Source of the DNA: Hydrolagus colliei
Taxonomy: Eukaryota
Assembly: GCA_035084275.1 (NCBI GenBank)
Contig: CM068763.1
Span: 5,828,001 to 5,892,000, forward strand
Length of the DNA: 64,000 nt
Direction: 5' to 3'
In this document: positions 14,351 through 27,300 of the stretch, in pieces
Layout: each line of letters begins with the position of its first letter
How positions within the stretch are numbered: position 1 is the stretch's first letter
Translations under genes and position numbers: made by a program
The notes under the pieces: generated by a model
The model's input: only the letters and a program-made list of their open reading frames with translations
Told to the model about the DNA's origin: nothing
Databases searched by the model: none

Positions 14351-17300
14351 TCAGTGAGTCAGTGGACGTGACATGACTTGTGGTGATGAATTCTAAACCC
14401 CTGCCAAGCTGATGGAACAACTTGCTTTTGGCCTCTCATGATTGTGCCACACACAAATCTGGGACTGTGTTGTTAAATTTAGCTAAATTTCATTACTCCA
14501 TAGCACACACACACCTCTGTTTACCAAGCAGTAAGTAGGAACCTGGTTGTTAATCAATTGGCAGATCGCTTTCCGGAGGTAATAATCCCTCTTAAAACAA
14601 ATAATAATTTGGTCACTCAATCCACAACTGTTTGTGGGAAACAGCTGGGTGCAATTCGTTGCCGCATTTTGCATACAAAATGTGCAGTCACTACACTTCA
14701 CTGTATATTCTGCAAAGCACTCAACTGCCATATCAAATGTAAGGATTATTATTATTATTACTGCTAGATAAACATTGGTTCATGTGGAGTAAGGAAACTT
14801 GCCCAAGATTTCGCCCCAACAGCATCCTCTCAGTTTCAGCTGAGTTTAATATTCGGTCATCGCCATCCCCCCCTTCCCACCAATCCTTAACACTCGCACA
14901 AGACTTACTTTTCAAAATAGGTGATGTGATGTGAGTGAAGAACACCTGCAGGCAAACAGATAAAGCAGAAACTCACAACAAAGAAGAAAAAATGTCCATG
15001 GGGGAAACCCTGGTTAATTACACGGGAGAGGAATTAACTGACTGCAATCTATTAAAACCAGACGACCCACCACCCAGTAGAGAAGAGAGTTTTTTAATCA
15101 ATTACCTAACTCCCTGGTGCCTCTTTCCTAAAGATAATTCATTGCCTGGAATAGAGAAAGCCAGAAATAGTGTAGAGTGTGACAGCTGTTCACCAGACTG
15201 TCAGGTGAATGCTGAACAGATAAAGCGCAGCACAGGAGATAACAGTTTTCTTCCTATTTCATTTCTTTATGTGCCTCCAGTACCTCATAGTGCTTTTCCA
15301 GTGAGTACATTTGGATAAGATGTTAAAATCAAATTCCTGTCTGCCTGTTCAGGTGGGAGTTAAAAATCCAATTTTTAACTCCCACCTGATCCAACTCAGC
15401 AAGAGAAGGGAGTTTCTCCTCGTGTCCTGAACAACAATATCCCCCATTAAAGTGAATCATTTACTTCTGTGGCTGTTTTGGGGATAACTGAGCCCAAATT
15501 GATTGCTGTTACGCATTAAAATTTCTTGCATTCGATTTAGCACCTTTCCTGTCAGATGTCTCAAATCACTACGCAGGATATACTGTAAAATATAGTTATT
15601 GAAGGTTTTTCCCCTCAATTTCATTTGGAGGATTGTTGAACAAGAGCAAGGCAGAAACGCCCTTCTCTTTTTGAATAGTACCATGGGATCTTCAAGGTCC
15701 ATCTGAATAGTCAAGGCTAGATGTTGTTTTAACATCTCATCTGAAGCAGGAGTTGATGATTCTGTGATTCTAGCTCTGACCTCCTCAACTTCTCTCTGAA
15801 ACTCACTGAGCCACTGTGAAATCTTAGCACCCACTCAGCTTTCCTTTCCCTCTCACAATTTGTCTTGGACAAAGACTTTTAAGAGCATAAGAATTTGCTG
15901 GCGAAACAAGACTGAGGTCCGTCTAGTTACGAGGTCCTCCCGACGTGAAAGGAGCTATACAAATGCAATATTTGTTGTTGTTACAGCACATTCTGTGAAG
16001 CGCTTTGAGACATCTAGAAGATGTGAAAAAGCGCTATATCAAATGCAAGAATTAATACTATTATTATTGTTGTTGTTCACCTTCCACCATCCTGGCAATT
16101 GCTTGAATCGAAGTTGTTGTTGTTGTTATTGACATTTTATGTTCCAAACTATATACTGTCTCCTGAGATATTATTTTCTAGCAGAAATCTATCGACAGTA
16201 CAGAACTATGGTGTTGGAAGCAGAAAATTAAATTACATTTTCTGCTTCCCCCACTCTCTGGGGGAATATGTTCCATAGGTTTACAACTCACTCACTGAAA
16301 TAGTGTTTCTGTAAATTTGTCCTTCACTTTACCATCACTATCTCACCGTCCCTCACCCTAAATGTTACTGAAACCGTCGACCACACCTTTGTCGCCTCCG
16401 AGCTCGCTTCATGAACCTCAGCTCATCCAAACCTCTGCCATCCGCTTTGAATCAAGCCACCTGCCCCAACCAGTCCATGCCGGTGTTTATACTCCATTCA
16501 AGTCTCCATCCCTCCTCATCCCTTCCCGCATCCCCCTCTCTTCTCTTTTCCCTCATGTTTACATACAATCTTTCTCTTAAACATATGCGTTTGTTTTGAA
16601 GATGGAAGAGCTTGAGTGTCTGAAGATTACCTTTCTTTCCTCAGGTTAACGTGAGGCAGTACACTTTGAAGGTTTTCCCTGAAAGTGCACAGAAACTTCT
16701 CCCACTTCGAGTTTGCTCCTCAAACCTATTGAGACTGAAATTGTGCTTTTCACCAGCAACTTTGTTAAAAATCACAGGGAAAAAAACACACAATCCCAAT
16801 GGCATGAGACAGTTTGCATTCAATGTTTTGCTTTGAGGCTGTTTCAGAAAGAATAGATAGACCAGAAAGCATAATAGCAGCTACAAAACAGCCATTTCTA
16901 ATGAAAGAGTTGCGGCAATCATAATAATCCTTGTATTGCCTATTACACTTCATCACTTCATCGAGACATCTCAAAGCGCTTCACAGGATCAAATGGGTGG
17001 CAGCCAATTTGCCCACATCAATGTCCCATAAATAGCAATGATCAATTGAATGATAATTTTTTTTTATCTACACCTTGTGAATTTACTGTGATTCTGTATC
17101 CTGACCCCAAATCTGTGTTTGGATTTGCAAACTCTTAATCCTACTGTCTCTTTGAGCTGTTGGTTTATAGGATTAGAGGTTAGCTCATTATGCATTTTTC
17201 ATTCCATAATGTGCCTTAATGTTTCGGGTGTAATTAATCAAGTTCTCTCTGGCCGTGGTATATATATATAGCAACGTGTTTGTTTCCGAAAAATCCCAGG

Positions 17301-18059
17301 TGCAGAAACTCCCCGCTGCTCACGTTTGTGCAGCGTGTTGAGGTGCGTCTTGGGATGTCCTCCTGACGTGAAAGGTGCTAAACAAGTGTAATTTTGTTGT
17401 GCTGTTGTTGTTGTTAGTCTTGCACTGACCCATAGTCCCTGACAAATGAGGGCATGTGTCAGGGATATATTCCCTGAAAGGAATATATCCTTGACTGTTG
17501 GGAAATTGTCTCATCCGCTCCCTAAACCGAGGCCCAGTCTATCCTTGAGGCAGATCCATGACGCGGTATTAAATGAAGGATTATTATTATCATTATTATT
17601 ATTAAATACCAGGTAAATTGGAGTTAGAACCCAGAGTTCCAGTCTGCCAGCTCAGCAGCCCTAAAAGCCAATTTTAATTCAGGTTTGCAATGTGAAGAGC
17701 CTGATCCATCGACCATATTTTTTTTGGGGTACAAGGGTGTGGGAGAGGGGGAGAGGTCCATCCCAAAGTTATGAAAAAGAGGAGGTTTTAATAATAAATA
17801 ATAATAATTGCATTTGATATTGCATCTTACCACAATGTGGAAATGTCTCGAACAGCCTCACAAGATTGACAGTACAGTACAATACTTTGCACTGTACATG
17901 TATATGGCTCTTTCTCCTTAGTATCTTCCTCCTCAACCTCTTCCTCTTTTGCTGTTTCCTTCAGAAATGTTGATGTCTTCACAACCAGAAATATATCAGA
18001 GTAAAGACCAAATCTTTCAAACAACTTGTTCAGCACCTTGGGACATGCTCTCAACATGA

Positions 18060-18290
18060 AACAACAAAACAACAACAAAATTACACTTATAGAGCGCCTT
18101 TCACATCGGGATGACGTCCCAAGGCGCTGAACAGACAGGTCGGGACCCGAGCAAGGGAGAGGGGCAGGGTATGGGGGAGGGGAGGGAAAGAGTTGGGAGG
18201 ACAGCAGAAGGCACAGTTGAAGAGGAGTGTCTTGAGACCGGCCTTGAAGGAGGCGCGGGAGGGAGCGAGGCAAAGGGATTGTGGGAAAGG
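18060..18290 (-). mobile_element. L2 3' fragment
   Basis: Reverse complement of the L2 terminus and 3' UTR with a (CAA)n tail. Confidence 0.75.
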
Positions 18291-19069
18291 CGCTCTAGAA
18301 ATGTAATTTTGTTGTTGTTGTTATGCCTTTGGAATAATCAACCCAAATTATACAGTCAATCCATTTTACAGTGTATCCTGTGAACCACTTTGTAACATCT
18401 CAATGACGTGTTAATGCGTTATATCAAATGTAAGGATTATTATTTTATTATTATCTTGCAAGCCTGTGCATAAAATCTCATGCTTCATTACATCTGGTAT
18501 CGCCTTTCTTTTCCAATTTTTGAGCTTACAAATGAAGACGACAAATTTAATAGAAACGCAACATAGTGTAATGCATTGTCATGTAAATTAGTTTAAATTA
18601 TATGAGTTGAGATTTGTGTTGGGTGAATGACATGATACAATTGATGTATTTTAAATGAACTTGTCATAACCACTGTAGCTCCTTGTCTTTCTTCCTCTGT
18701 AGGGATGTGCAACATCTTCCATCAACAGCTGTTCAGGGAGGTTTGGGGTCAGGCTACAGAATCACAGAAATCACAGCACAGAAGGAGGCCATTCAGCCCA
18801 TCAGCCCTGATGATATTTCCTCCAATGCCAATTTTTTGCTCTTCACTCATTGTGCCTGTGCTGGTGCCAACTCTCCCATTAACCCTCATTATCCTGGCCA
18901 ACAAATCCAATTTAAAGCATATTGCCATATTTATATTTCAGAGTCCTGTAGATTAGTGTATATAGCCTCTCACAAGCAAGTGGACCTGGGTTCAATTCCT
19001 GAGGGTGAAACATTAGTCAAGTTTTCTCACTCCACATGCGTCTGTTTACCTAGCAGTAAGCAGCCTCCT

Positions 19070-19445
19070 CACCCTTGTTTTTCAAATCCCTCCACTCTTC
19101 TGCACACCCTACCTCTCTGACCTCCTCTCTCCTCAAACCAGCTCCCATTGCCTTCGCTCCACTCCGTATGGCCTCCTCCATGTCCCCCGAATCCTCTGCT
19201 CCACCCTCGGTGGCTGTGCCTCACCACTATGCCCCGAGGCTCTGGAATTCCCTCCCTCACTACCTTCGCCTCACCCCCTCTCTTCTCAGCTTCAGGTCCC
19301 AGCTGAAGACTTTTCTCTTCGACCGTGCCTTTGGTCACCTTTCTACCCCTGCCCCTGGCTTGGTCCCTGGATCCGCTATTGTGAAGTGCTCTCAGAGGCC
19401 ATCCAGCGTGGAGAGCGCTATATAAATTGAAGTTGTTGTTGTTGT
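19070..19445 (+). mobile_element. L2 3' fragment, directly upstream of the truncated pseudogene
   Basis: APRLWNSLPHYLRLTPSLLSFRSQLKTFLFDRAF and a (TTG)n tail. Confidence 0.82.
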
Positions 19446-19528
19446 AGCAAGTAAGAAATTGGCTGATTAGTGGACTCCTTTTCCAGTGGCATCGTTTTTA
19501 TAGGCAAATTGTTGTTTTTGTTTCTTAG

Positions 19529-22500
19529 GCTCGGGGAACATCAGGAAGAGCTGGTTCCAAAACAGGAGGAGGAACATGTAGACATAGACCTCCTAGATAC
19601 CGTGAGTGAGGGCAGGCTGGCAAATCACTGTGTAATTGACAGGTTGAGGGAGCGGGTGGATTACAGAGCAGCATAGAGAGTGGCGACCAGTAACATCACA
19701 GTCACGTCCAGCGCAGCAACAAGTCCTACCCGTACAGTCCCTGCCACCTGATGCCTCACTTTCAGGAGTCTGGATAACAATTATAATAATCCTTCCATTT
19801 GAAACATTGCTTTATTACGTTATTCAGACTTCTCAAACCTATTCTCCAGTGATACTGTAAACTCTTTCCCCAAATAACCTCAAATAACCTCAGTCAGGTG
19901 TCATTGAGCTGCTGACTGGGAGTGGGGAGATGTCTAAGATCTGAGATAAAATTCACACAAACAGGAGGTGTGAGTACAATCTCTAGATAATTCCCAGCGA
20001 AAGCACACAGCAAACGTGTCTCTCTCACCCTCCTGCAGTGGAGAAGACATCCCAAGTCTCTGGATAGTTAAGGATAGTTAGAATCAAGACAGTTAGTCTG
20101 CAAACATTAATAGCTGCTTTGTATTTCAGGATAAAGAACTCTCTAACCCTCTTGAGGCCAAACGAGGCTCAAGACAACCATCAAGCCAATCCGGTGAGTG
20201 TCAGATCCAGAAACTCAATGAGTTACAGTGTGGCCGGGTTTGGACACTTGTCATTCTCCAGCTGAACCATGCAATGTCTTCAGGCAGACATGTCCGCCAA
20301 CACACAGCTGGCAGTTTCTGTCTCTTATCCAGGTCAACGGCATATCCGTGGAGATGGATGAGGCGAGCAACGAATAAGGTTTTTCGTATGATTCCGCTCT
20401 ACACAAACTCCCCCCAAATTCCATTGCATCGGACACTATCTTTCTGCCTTCACAGTTCTTTGTGAAACAAGTCATTAAAGCAATTCCTTCGGTCACCCTA
20501 CTCAAACACTGCCCTTCCCCCAGCTGCTCGGATCTTGTGTGAAGCTCTTTGAGACTTGAGTCTGTTGTGCGCGGTGTTTATGAGGGCACGTTGTTGTTGT
20601 TTGTTAGGCTAAGCACAAAACAGCTGATAACGGGGGAGAACAAAGTGATAGAGGTGGACATCCCGGAGACAGTGATTGACAGCAGGCCGGTGAGTTGCTG
20701 TTTTTGTCTAATGACACAGGGTAGCAGGGGTATTACATAGCAGCTTACACAGTGGTGATCGCCAACATACACAACAGTATCACGTCAGCATCTGTACATT
20801 CCCAGTCACTTGTCACCTCGCTGTCATAAGTCTGCATCATAATCCTTGTCTTTGATACAATCATGTTTTTGGAACATCTCAAAGCGCTTCACAGGATATA
20901 CTGTAAAGTATAGTGACTATTCTATTGGGAGAAGTGCGGCAGCCAATTTAGGCACAGTGATGTCCCACAAATAGGCAGTGCCTCGGGACTTCCTACTGAA
21001 GTGAAAAGTGCTTTACAAATGTAATTTTCTTGTTATTGGAGTGAGTGACCAATTGTATCTGGGACGTTGTTTGCCAAGGCATCAGGAGAGAAAAATTCCC
21101 TTCTATTTTCAAATTGTACCACAAGATTTATAACGTCAGTTGAAAAGGCAGATGGGAGCTCGGATTAGCATCTCTTCTAGAGAATGCAGCGCCTCCGACA
21201 ATGCAGCACTCAAGTCCCCAGCACTGCACTGATGTGTCAGTTTAAACTCTCTGATTCTAAGTCCTGATGTGGGGCTTCAACCCACAACTTTCTGACAGAT
21301 GCGTGAATCCTTCCACTAAGCCAGGCTGTTAGTGAGTAGCTGAATCTTTCACTTTGTCTTGAGGAAGAACAACAAAAAGAGGAGGAAATCAGGTAATGTA
21401 AAAATGTTTGTGACCCCAGGAGATATGCAGGAGGTGCATGGAGCTCTAGACTGTTTTGAAGCTGATTTTCAGTGACACTGTCTAATCTCTAGCAATTTCT
21501 GTCTCCACAGACATCAGTAGAAGACAGAAGGGAGGAACTCTCCAGGGGTAAGCAAAAGTCTCTGTCCGTTTCACAGTGGGTGTGATCCCCACTCAGTGGC
21601 TCCTCACCCAGTGGGGCAGGGGGTGTCTCTGCCCATCAGCTCAGGGGCTGGAGACTGTACCTGGGAACAGGAATTGCGGCTTCAGATCCCAGCGGATCCC
21701 CTCAGCTTGTCACCCTTTCCAGGGAAGTTGAACCAGCAGCATGTCTGAGAAGGTGGCATCCTGGAGGAGAAAGGGTCTTGTGTTTGCTGAGCTGCCCGGT
21801 CCAAAGGCCTGATCTCACTCCACGTTTCATTCCCCCCTCACTTCCCCCCTCCCCCACCTACACCCCCACCACACCGGAGCCTCATCTCTCATTTTGCTCC
21901 TTAACCTTGTATCCTGCTCGTATCCGAGCGAGACGTTTACGTTTGCAGAACAGTTGGTCTGGCAGGAAGGGCTTGTGTGTGGGAGGGTCATTGTCGACAA
22001 GTCTTTTTGTTTTCCCCCCAGGAGAAGAAGCAGCAGCAGCAAAGGAGAATAAGAAGAGGAAAAGATACAGTGATGCTTTCTCATGATACTCTCTGAGTGA
22101 ATCTCTCTCTCAATCTCTCTTTGACCAGGCCTTCCGCTGCCCTCCTAACTCTCCCCCCTTTCCTACTCTCCTTCCCCTGCCCCTACACCGACCCTTCCGC
22201 CCCCTGCTCGGGTCCCGACCTAACTGTTCAGCGCCTTGGGACGTCCTCCCGACGTGAAAGGCGCTCTAAAAATGTTGTCAGTGACACTCTCTTGGTGACG
22301 CTCTCAGTCGCACACTGAGGCTTATGATGGTGAAGGGCAGAGTTGGCACAGGCTTCAGCCAACATTTATTTACTGAGAAACAAAAACAGAAGTTGCTGGG
22401 AAAACCCAGCAGGTCAAGCAGCATGTATTTTGTGTTTTATTTATTTACTCAGGATCACTGTTGGTTGCTCTCGGTTACCAGGAAGACTGTTGGAGCCCAG

Positions 22501-22726
22501 GGATCGTGGACGTATTGAGGAAATGGCTGGAGCTGTGAGGGGGTTTTGTTCGATGGGAGTCAGAAAGTTTGGGGTGAAATAGGTTGAATGGGCTTGTTAA
22601 TGGACACCTCCCAGTTAATAACCAGCTGTTTCCTGTTTGTACCTCGGACTTATTGATGTTTCCTGTCATACCCACAGGAAATGCTGCTGGTGTTGATTTC
22701 CCTGGAGGAAAAAGGCTGAGGATTGA
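19529..22726 (+). pseudogene. Inverted, 5'-truncated pseudogene of the repeat-protein family, tail-to-tail with copy 1
   Basis: Homologous exons: 19529-19601; 20130-20193 (64 nt, frameshift); 20333-20373 (donor gt>at); 20608-20689; 21364-21392 (29 nt vs 45, frameshift); 21511-21547; 22022-22064 (donor gt>at); 22678-22726 (premature TGA at 22694-22696 inside the CCWCC motif). Confidence 0.8.
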
Positions 22727-24051
22727 AGGCAACAGACAATCCTCTCCTCTCCTCTGGCTGGATCGTGGCTCATCTGATCCTCTTCTCTGTGGATTATATT
22801 ATCGTTGTTATGATTATTATTATCATTCTTATTCATTTTGTTCAATTTTGGTTATGATTTGGTCCCATTTTTACACCTCAAACTCCCCTGAACAGCGGCT
22901 CAGTCCGGCTGCCTGACCTCACTTCCTGACACCCTTTTCATACACGCCAGGGTCAGGTAAGTGTATTTGCATCCTTCAGCTTGATTGTGCTCCCCGCCCT
23001 GTCTGTCTCAGGAACCTAAGCCAAACCCCCCTCATCCCCTCACTCACCCATCCCCTCCCACTTTCCTGTCTCCAATAGCCGTAGATTGAAAACAGTCGTG
23101 GATTGAAATGAGCAATTTTTATTATTGTGTTTTTTTTTGAACGGAATATTATTAGGCGTGTGGAGTAAAGAAACTTGCCCAAGGTTTCGCCCGGATCTGC
23201 TTGGATTTGAACACAGGTTTCACACTTTTAAGACCACAATAATAAGAACTGGTCATTTTCAATTCATGACTGTTTGTGGGACGCTGCTGTGCGCAATTGG
23301 CTGCCGCGTTTAGCCCACAAATATACAGTCAATTAACTTTACAGTATATTCTGTGAAGCGCTTTGAGAAATTGATAAGATCTGAAAAGCGCTATATGAAA
23401 TGCAAGGATAATTATAATAATAATAATAATTATTATTATTATTATAAGGCGAGTGCTGTAACCACTGAGCTACGGTGATATGATGGCCCCCGCGCCTGGA
23501 GCAGCAGGAACTTGTCCTCACCGGTCGCTCACTACTACACGTTGGTTTGGCCGTTGCCTCGGCTTCTCTGGCTCCTTTGTACAGAATGGAGACTTGAAGT
23601 TTCTCACCCCCCAGGGCCCACCCACAGACTATTTCCCCCGGCTTTGGTCGACAATAAACTTCGACCCTCGCTCACTGCTCTCAGTTCCCGCTCGCTCAGT
23701 TTACCCGGGTTTCTCAAGATCTTGCCGGTCACTCAGATCAGGCTTGTTCCACACCTGATGGGACTGAGACCCTCACTGACATATCTAATACATTCTGAGA
23801 TCAACCTGACACCTCAATGTGCCCAACTTCTGGCTTAACAACCTGAGATTGGTTTCTCACCGAGTCGTGGCTGGAGTTCACCCAGACCAAGGTTGTTCCC
23901 CAAGTTCAGAGTCTGGTCACAGATTACCGTCGCTGTTTAATGAGACCAGACTGGAACCTGCGCCCCTCCTCGCTCCGTTCACTCCCCGCAACCACCCAAC
24001 CAGGCGCCACAGTGAAGAGCCCATTCAGAGTTTGTCTCAAAAAAGTTAAGG

Positions 24052-24057
24052 TTTATT
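24052..24057 (-). terminator. Putative polyadenylation signal (AATAAA) of copy 1
   Basis: Minus-strand AATAAA ~290 nt after the stop codon, at the end of an AT-rich putative 3' UTR. The same site is present in copies 2 (~41269) and 3 (~57086). Confidence 0.55.
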
Positions 24058-24348
24058 ATTAATTATACTTTTTACAACAAAATGATAATGTAATGATAAT
24101 ATAATATTTGTAATAATGTGAATACATGCAATAATAATATGAAAAGTACAAAATTGTGGAATGAAAATAGTAATAAGAAACATAAAACTTAACACTCAAT
24201 ATTAATAATGCAAACTGTAGAAATGTAACTTAATGGAAACTTAACAACAATAACGATAATAATAATATAATAATAAGATGGTCCTCCAAAGATAGGAGCA
24301 GAGGAGCCACAGTCCAGCGAGAGGAGAGGAGAGGATTGTCTGTTGCCC

Positions 24349-27300
24349 TCAATCCTCAGCCCTTTTCCTCCAAGGAAAACAGCACCAGCAGCATTTTCTG
24401 TGGGTTTGAGAGGAAACATCAATGAGTCCCAGGTACAACAGGAAACAGCTGGACATTAACAGGGAGGTGTCGATTAACAAGTCCATTCAACCTATTTCAC
24501 CCCAAATATCTCCCCCTCACAGCACCAGCCGTTTCCTCAATAAGCCTCAGTGTGCAACTGAGAAAGCATCACCATGAGAGTGTCACTGTACCTTTTCTTC
24601 TTCTTCACTTTCTTTTCAGCTGCTGCTGCTCCTGGTGGGAAAGTAAAAAGACTTGTTGACAATGGGCCTCCCACACGCGAGCCATTCCCGCCAGACCAAC
24701 TGTTCTGCAAACCTAAAGGTCTCACTCGGCTACGAGCAGGATTCGAGGATTAGGATCAAAATGATTAAGAGACGAGGCTCGAGTAGAGGAGAGAATGAAA
24801 CGCGGAGTGAGATCAGGCCTTTGGACCGGGCAGCTCAGCAAACACAAAACCCTTTCTCCTCCAGGATGCCACCTTCTCAGACATGCTGCTGGTTCAACTT
24901 CCCTGGAAAGGGTGACAAGCTGAGGGGATCCGCTGGGATCTGAAGCCACAATTCCTGTTCCCAGGTACAGTCTCCAGCCCCTGAGCTGATGGGCAGAGAC
25001 ACCCCCTGCCCCACTGGGTGAGGAGCCACTGAGTGGGGATCACACCCACTGTGAAACGGCCAGAGACTTTTGCTTACCCCTGGAGAGTTCCTCCCTTCTG
25101 TCTTCTACTGATGTCTGTGGAGACAGAAATTGCTAGAGATTAGACAGTGTCATTGAAAATCAGCTTCAAAACAGTCTAGAGCTCCGTGCACCTCCTGCAT
25201 ATCTCCTGGGATCATATCATTTTTTACATTACCTGATCACTCTGTCTCTCCTGTACTTCCTCCTTCGACTGTTCTTCCTAAAGACAAAGTGAAAGCTTCA
25301 GCCACTCGCTCACAGCCTGGCTTAGTGGTACCATTCAGGCACCTGTCACAAAGTTGTGGTTTGAAGCCTTTGATTGTACCAAAGGCAAGGATTATTATGG
25401 TAATCATTATTATCCAGACTTATGACAGCGAGGTGACAAGTGACCGGCAATGTACAGGTGATGACGTGATACTGTCGTGTATGTTAGCGAGCACCACTGT
25501 GTAAGCTGCTATGTAAAACCCCCGCTACCCCGTGCCCTTAGACAAAAACAGTAACTCACTGGCCTGCCGTCAAGCATTGTCTCCGGGACATCCACATGAA
25601 CCTCCTCGTTCTCCCCCGTCAACAGCTCTTCCAGCTTTGTGCTAAGTCTAACAAACAACAATTTTCCCTTAAAAACAATTCTGCTCAGAAACAACCGACT
25701 CGGGTTTCAAGGCACTTCACACAGTTATTGGGAGCTCCGAGCAGCCGGGGGAAGGGCAGGGTTTGAGTAGGGCAACTGAAGGAACTGCTAAAATGACTTG
25801 TTTCTCAAAGAACTGTGAAGGCAGAAAGATAGTGTGCAAAGCAAAGGAATTTGGGGGGAGTTTGCGTAGAGCGGGGACATAGGAAAACCCTTACTTGCTG
25901 CTCGCCTTGTGTGTCTCCAGGGAGATGCTGTTGAGCTGGAGAAGAGACAGAAAGGAAAGGATTAACTGCCGGCTACGCCCTGGAGGACATGTCTGTCTAA
26001 AGACATTGCATGGTTCAGCTGGAGAATATCAAGCATCCAAAGCACCGGTGAAGAGTTTTGAGAAGTCTGAATAACATAATAAAGCAATGTTTCAAATGGG
26101 AGGATTATTATAATTATTATCCAGACTCCTGAAAGCGAGGCGTCAGGTGGTGGGACTTGTTGCTGCGCTGGACGAGACTGTGATGTTACCGGTCGCCACC
26201 ATCTATGCTGCTCTGTAAACCACCCGCTCCCACGACCTGTCAATTACACAGTGACTTGCCAGCCTGCCCTCACTCACGGTATCGTGGAGGTCCATGTCTA
26301 CATGTTCCTCCTCCTGCTCTGGAACCAGCTCTTCCTGATGTTCCTCCAGCCTAAGAAACAACAATAACAATTCGCCTGTGAAAACGATGTCACTCACATT
26401 GTGCTCAGGTCTCAAAGACCTTCACTTACATTCCAGGAGCTATCATCAGCTGGGCAAAGGGCAGGTTTTGCGCAACATTGCCAGGTTCCGCAACTATCTT
26501 ACCCCCCGCGCTGCCGAAACACTTGTGCATGCTTACATCACCTCACGGCTGGATTATGGAAATTCTCTCCTAGTCGGCCTCCCCAATTCCTCCATTCATA
26601 GGCTGCAGGCCATCCAAAACTCTGCAGCCCGTGTACTATCCCGCACCAGCCTCCGTGACCACATAACCCCCACCCTCGCCCGTCTCCACTGGCTCCCCAT
26701 CCTCCAGAGGATCAAGTTTAAGATCCTCGTCCTCACCTACAAGGCCTTACACGGCCTTGCCCCATCCTACCTAACCGATCTACTCTCCCCCTACACGCCC
26801 ACCCGGACCCTCCGTTCAACAGGACTTGGCCTGCTCCAAACCCCCCGCCCGAACCGCCCCACCATCGGAGGCCGGGCCTTCAGTTTCTCCGCTCCCACCT
26901 TATGGAATGCCATCCCTCAATCCCTCCGTTTCGCCTCTTCACTTTCCTCTTTCAAGGCCGATTTGAAGACTTTCCTCTTCGATCGTGCCTTTTGTTCTAC
27001 CCCGAACTCCTTTACCTCCCCTTCGTGTTTCACCCCTTCCCAAACACTCCCCTCCCAGCTCGGGTCACACGCCTCTTGTTCAGCGCCTTGGGACGTCCTC
27101 CCGACGTGAAAGGCGCTCTATAAATGTAATTTGTTGTTGTTGTTGTTGTTTGAGGATAGTGAACAAAGGAATGGCCAAAGTCATTAGATTCTAAGAGAAC
27201 TTTGAAAGAGAAGGTCCAAGGCAGAGGGATTTTGTGCAAAGTGGGAAGATAGAAAAAACCTTACGTGCTCCTTGTCTCATCCCTCTCCTCAGCAAAGCTG

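Noticed and set aside
17900-18740. Isolated plus-strand mini-exon candidates (~17965-18000, ~18703-18740) and a Glu-rich minus-strand ORF segment
   Set aside because: No consistent frame or homology to the family, and the ORF begins in L2 sequence. Insufficient support.
26378-27109. 243-aa ORF as a host gene
   Set aside because: It is the C-terminus of an L2 ORF2 read through from intronic sequence.
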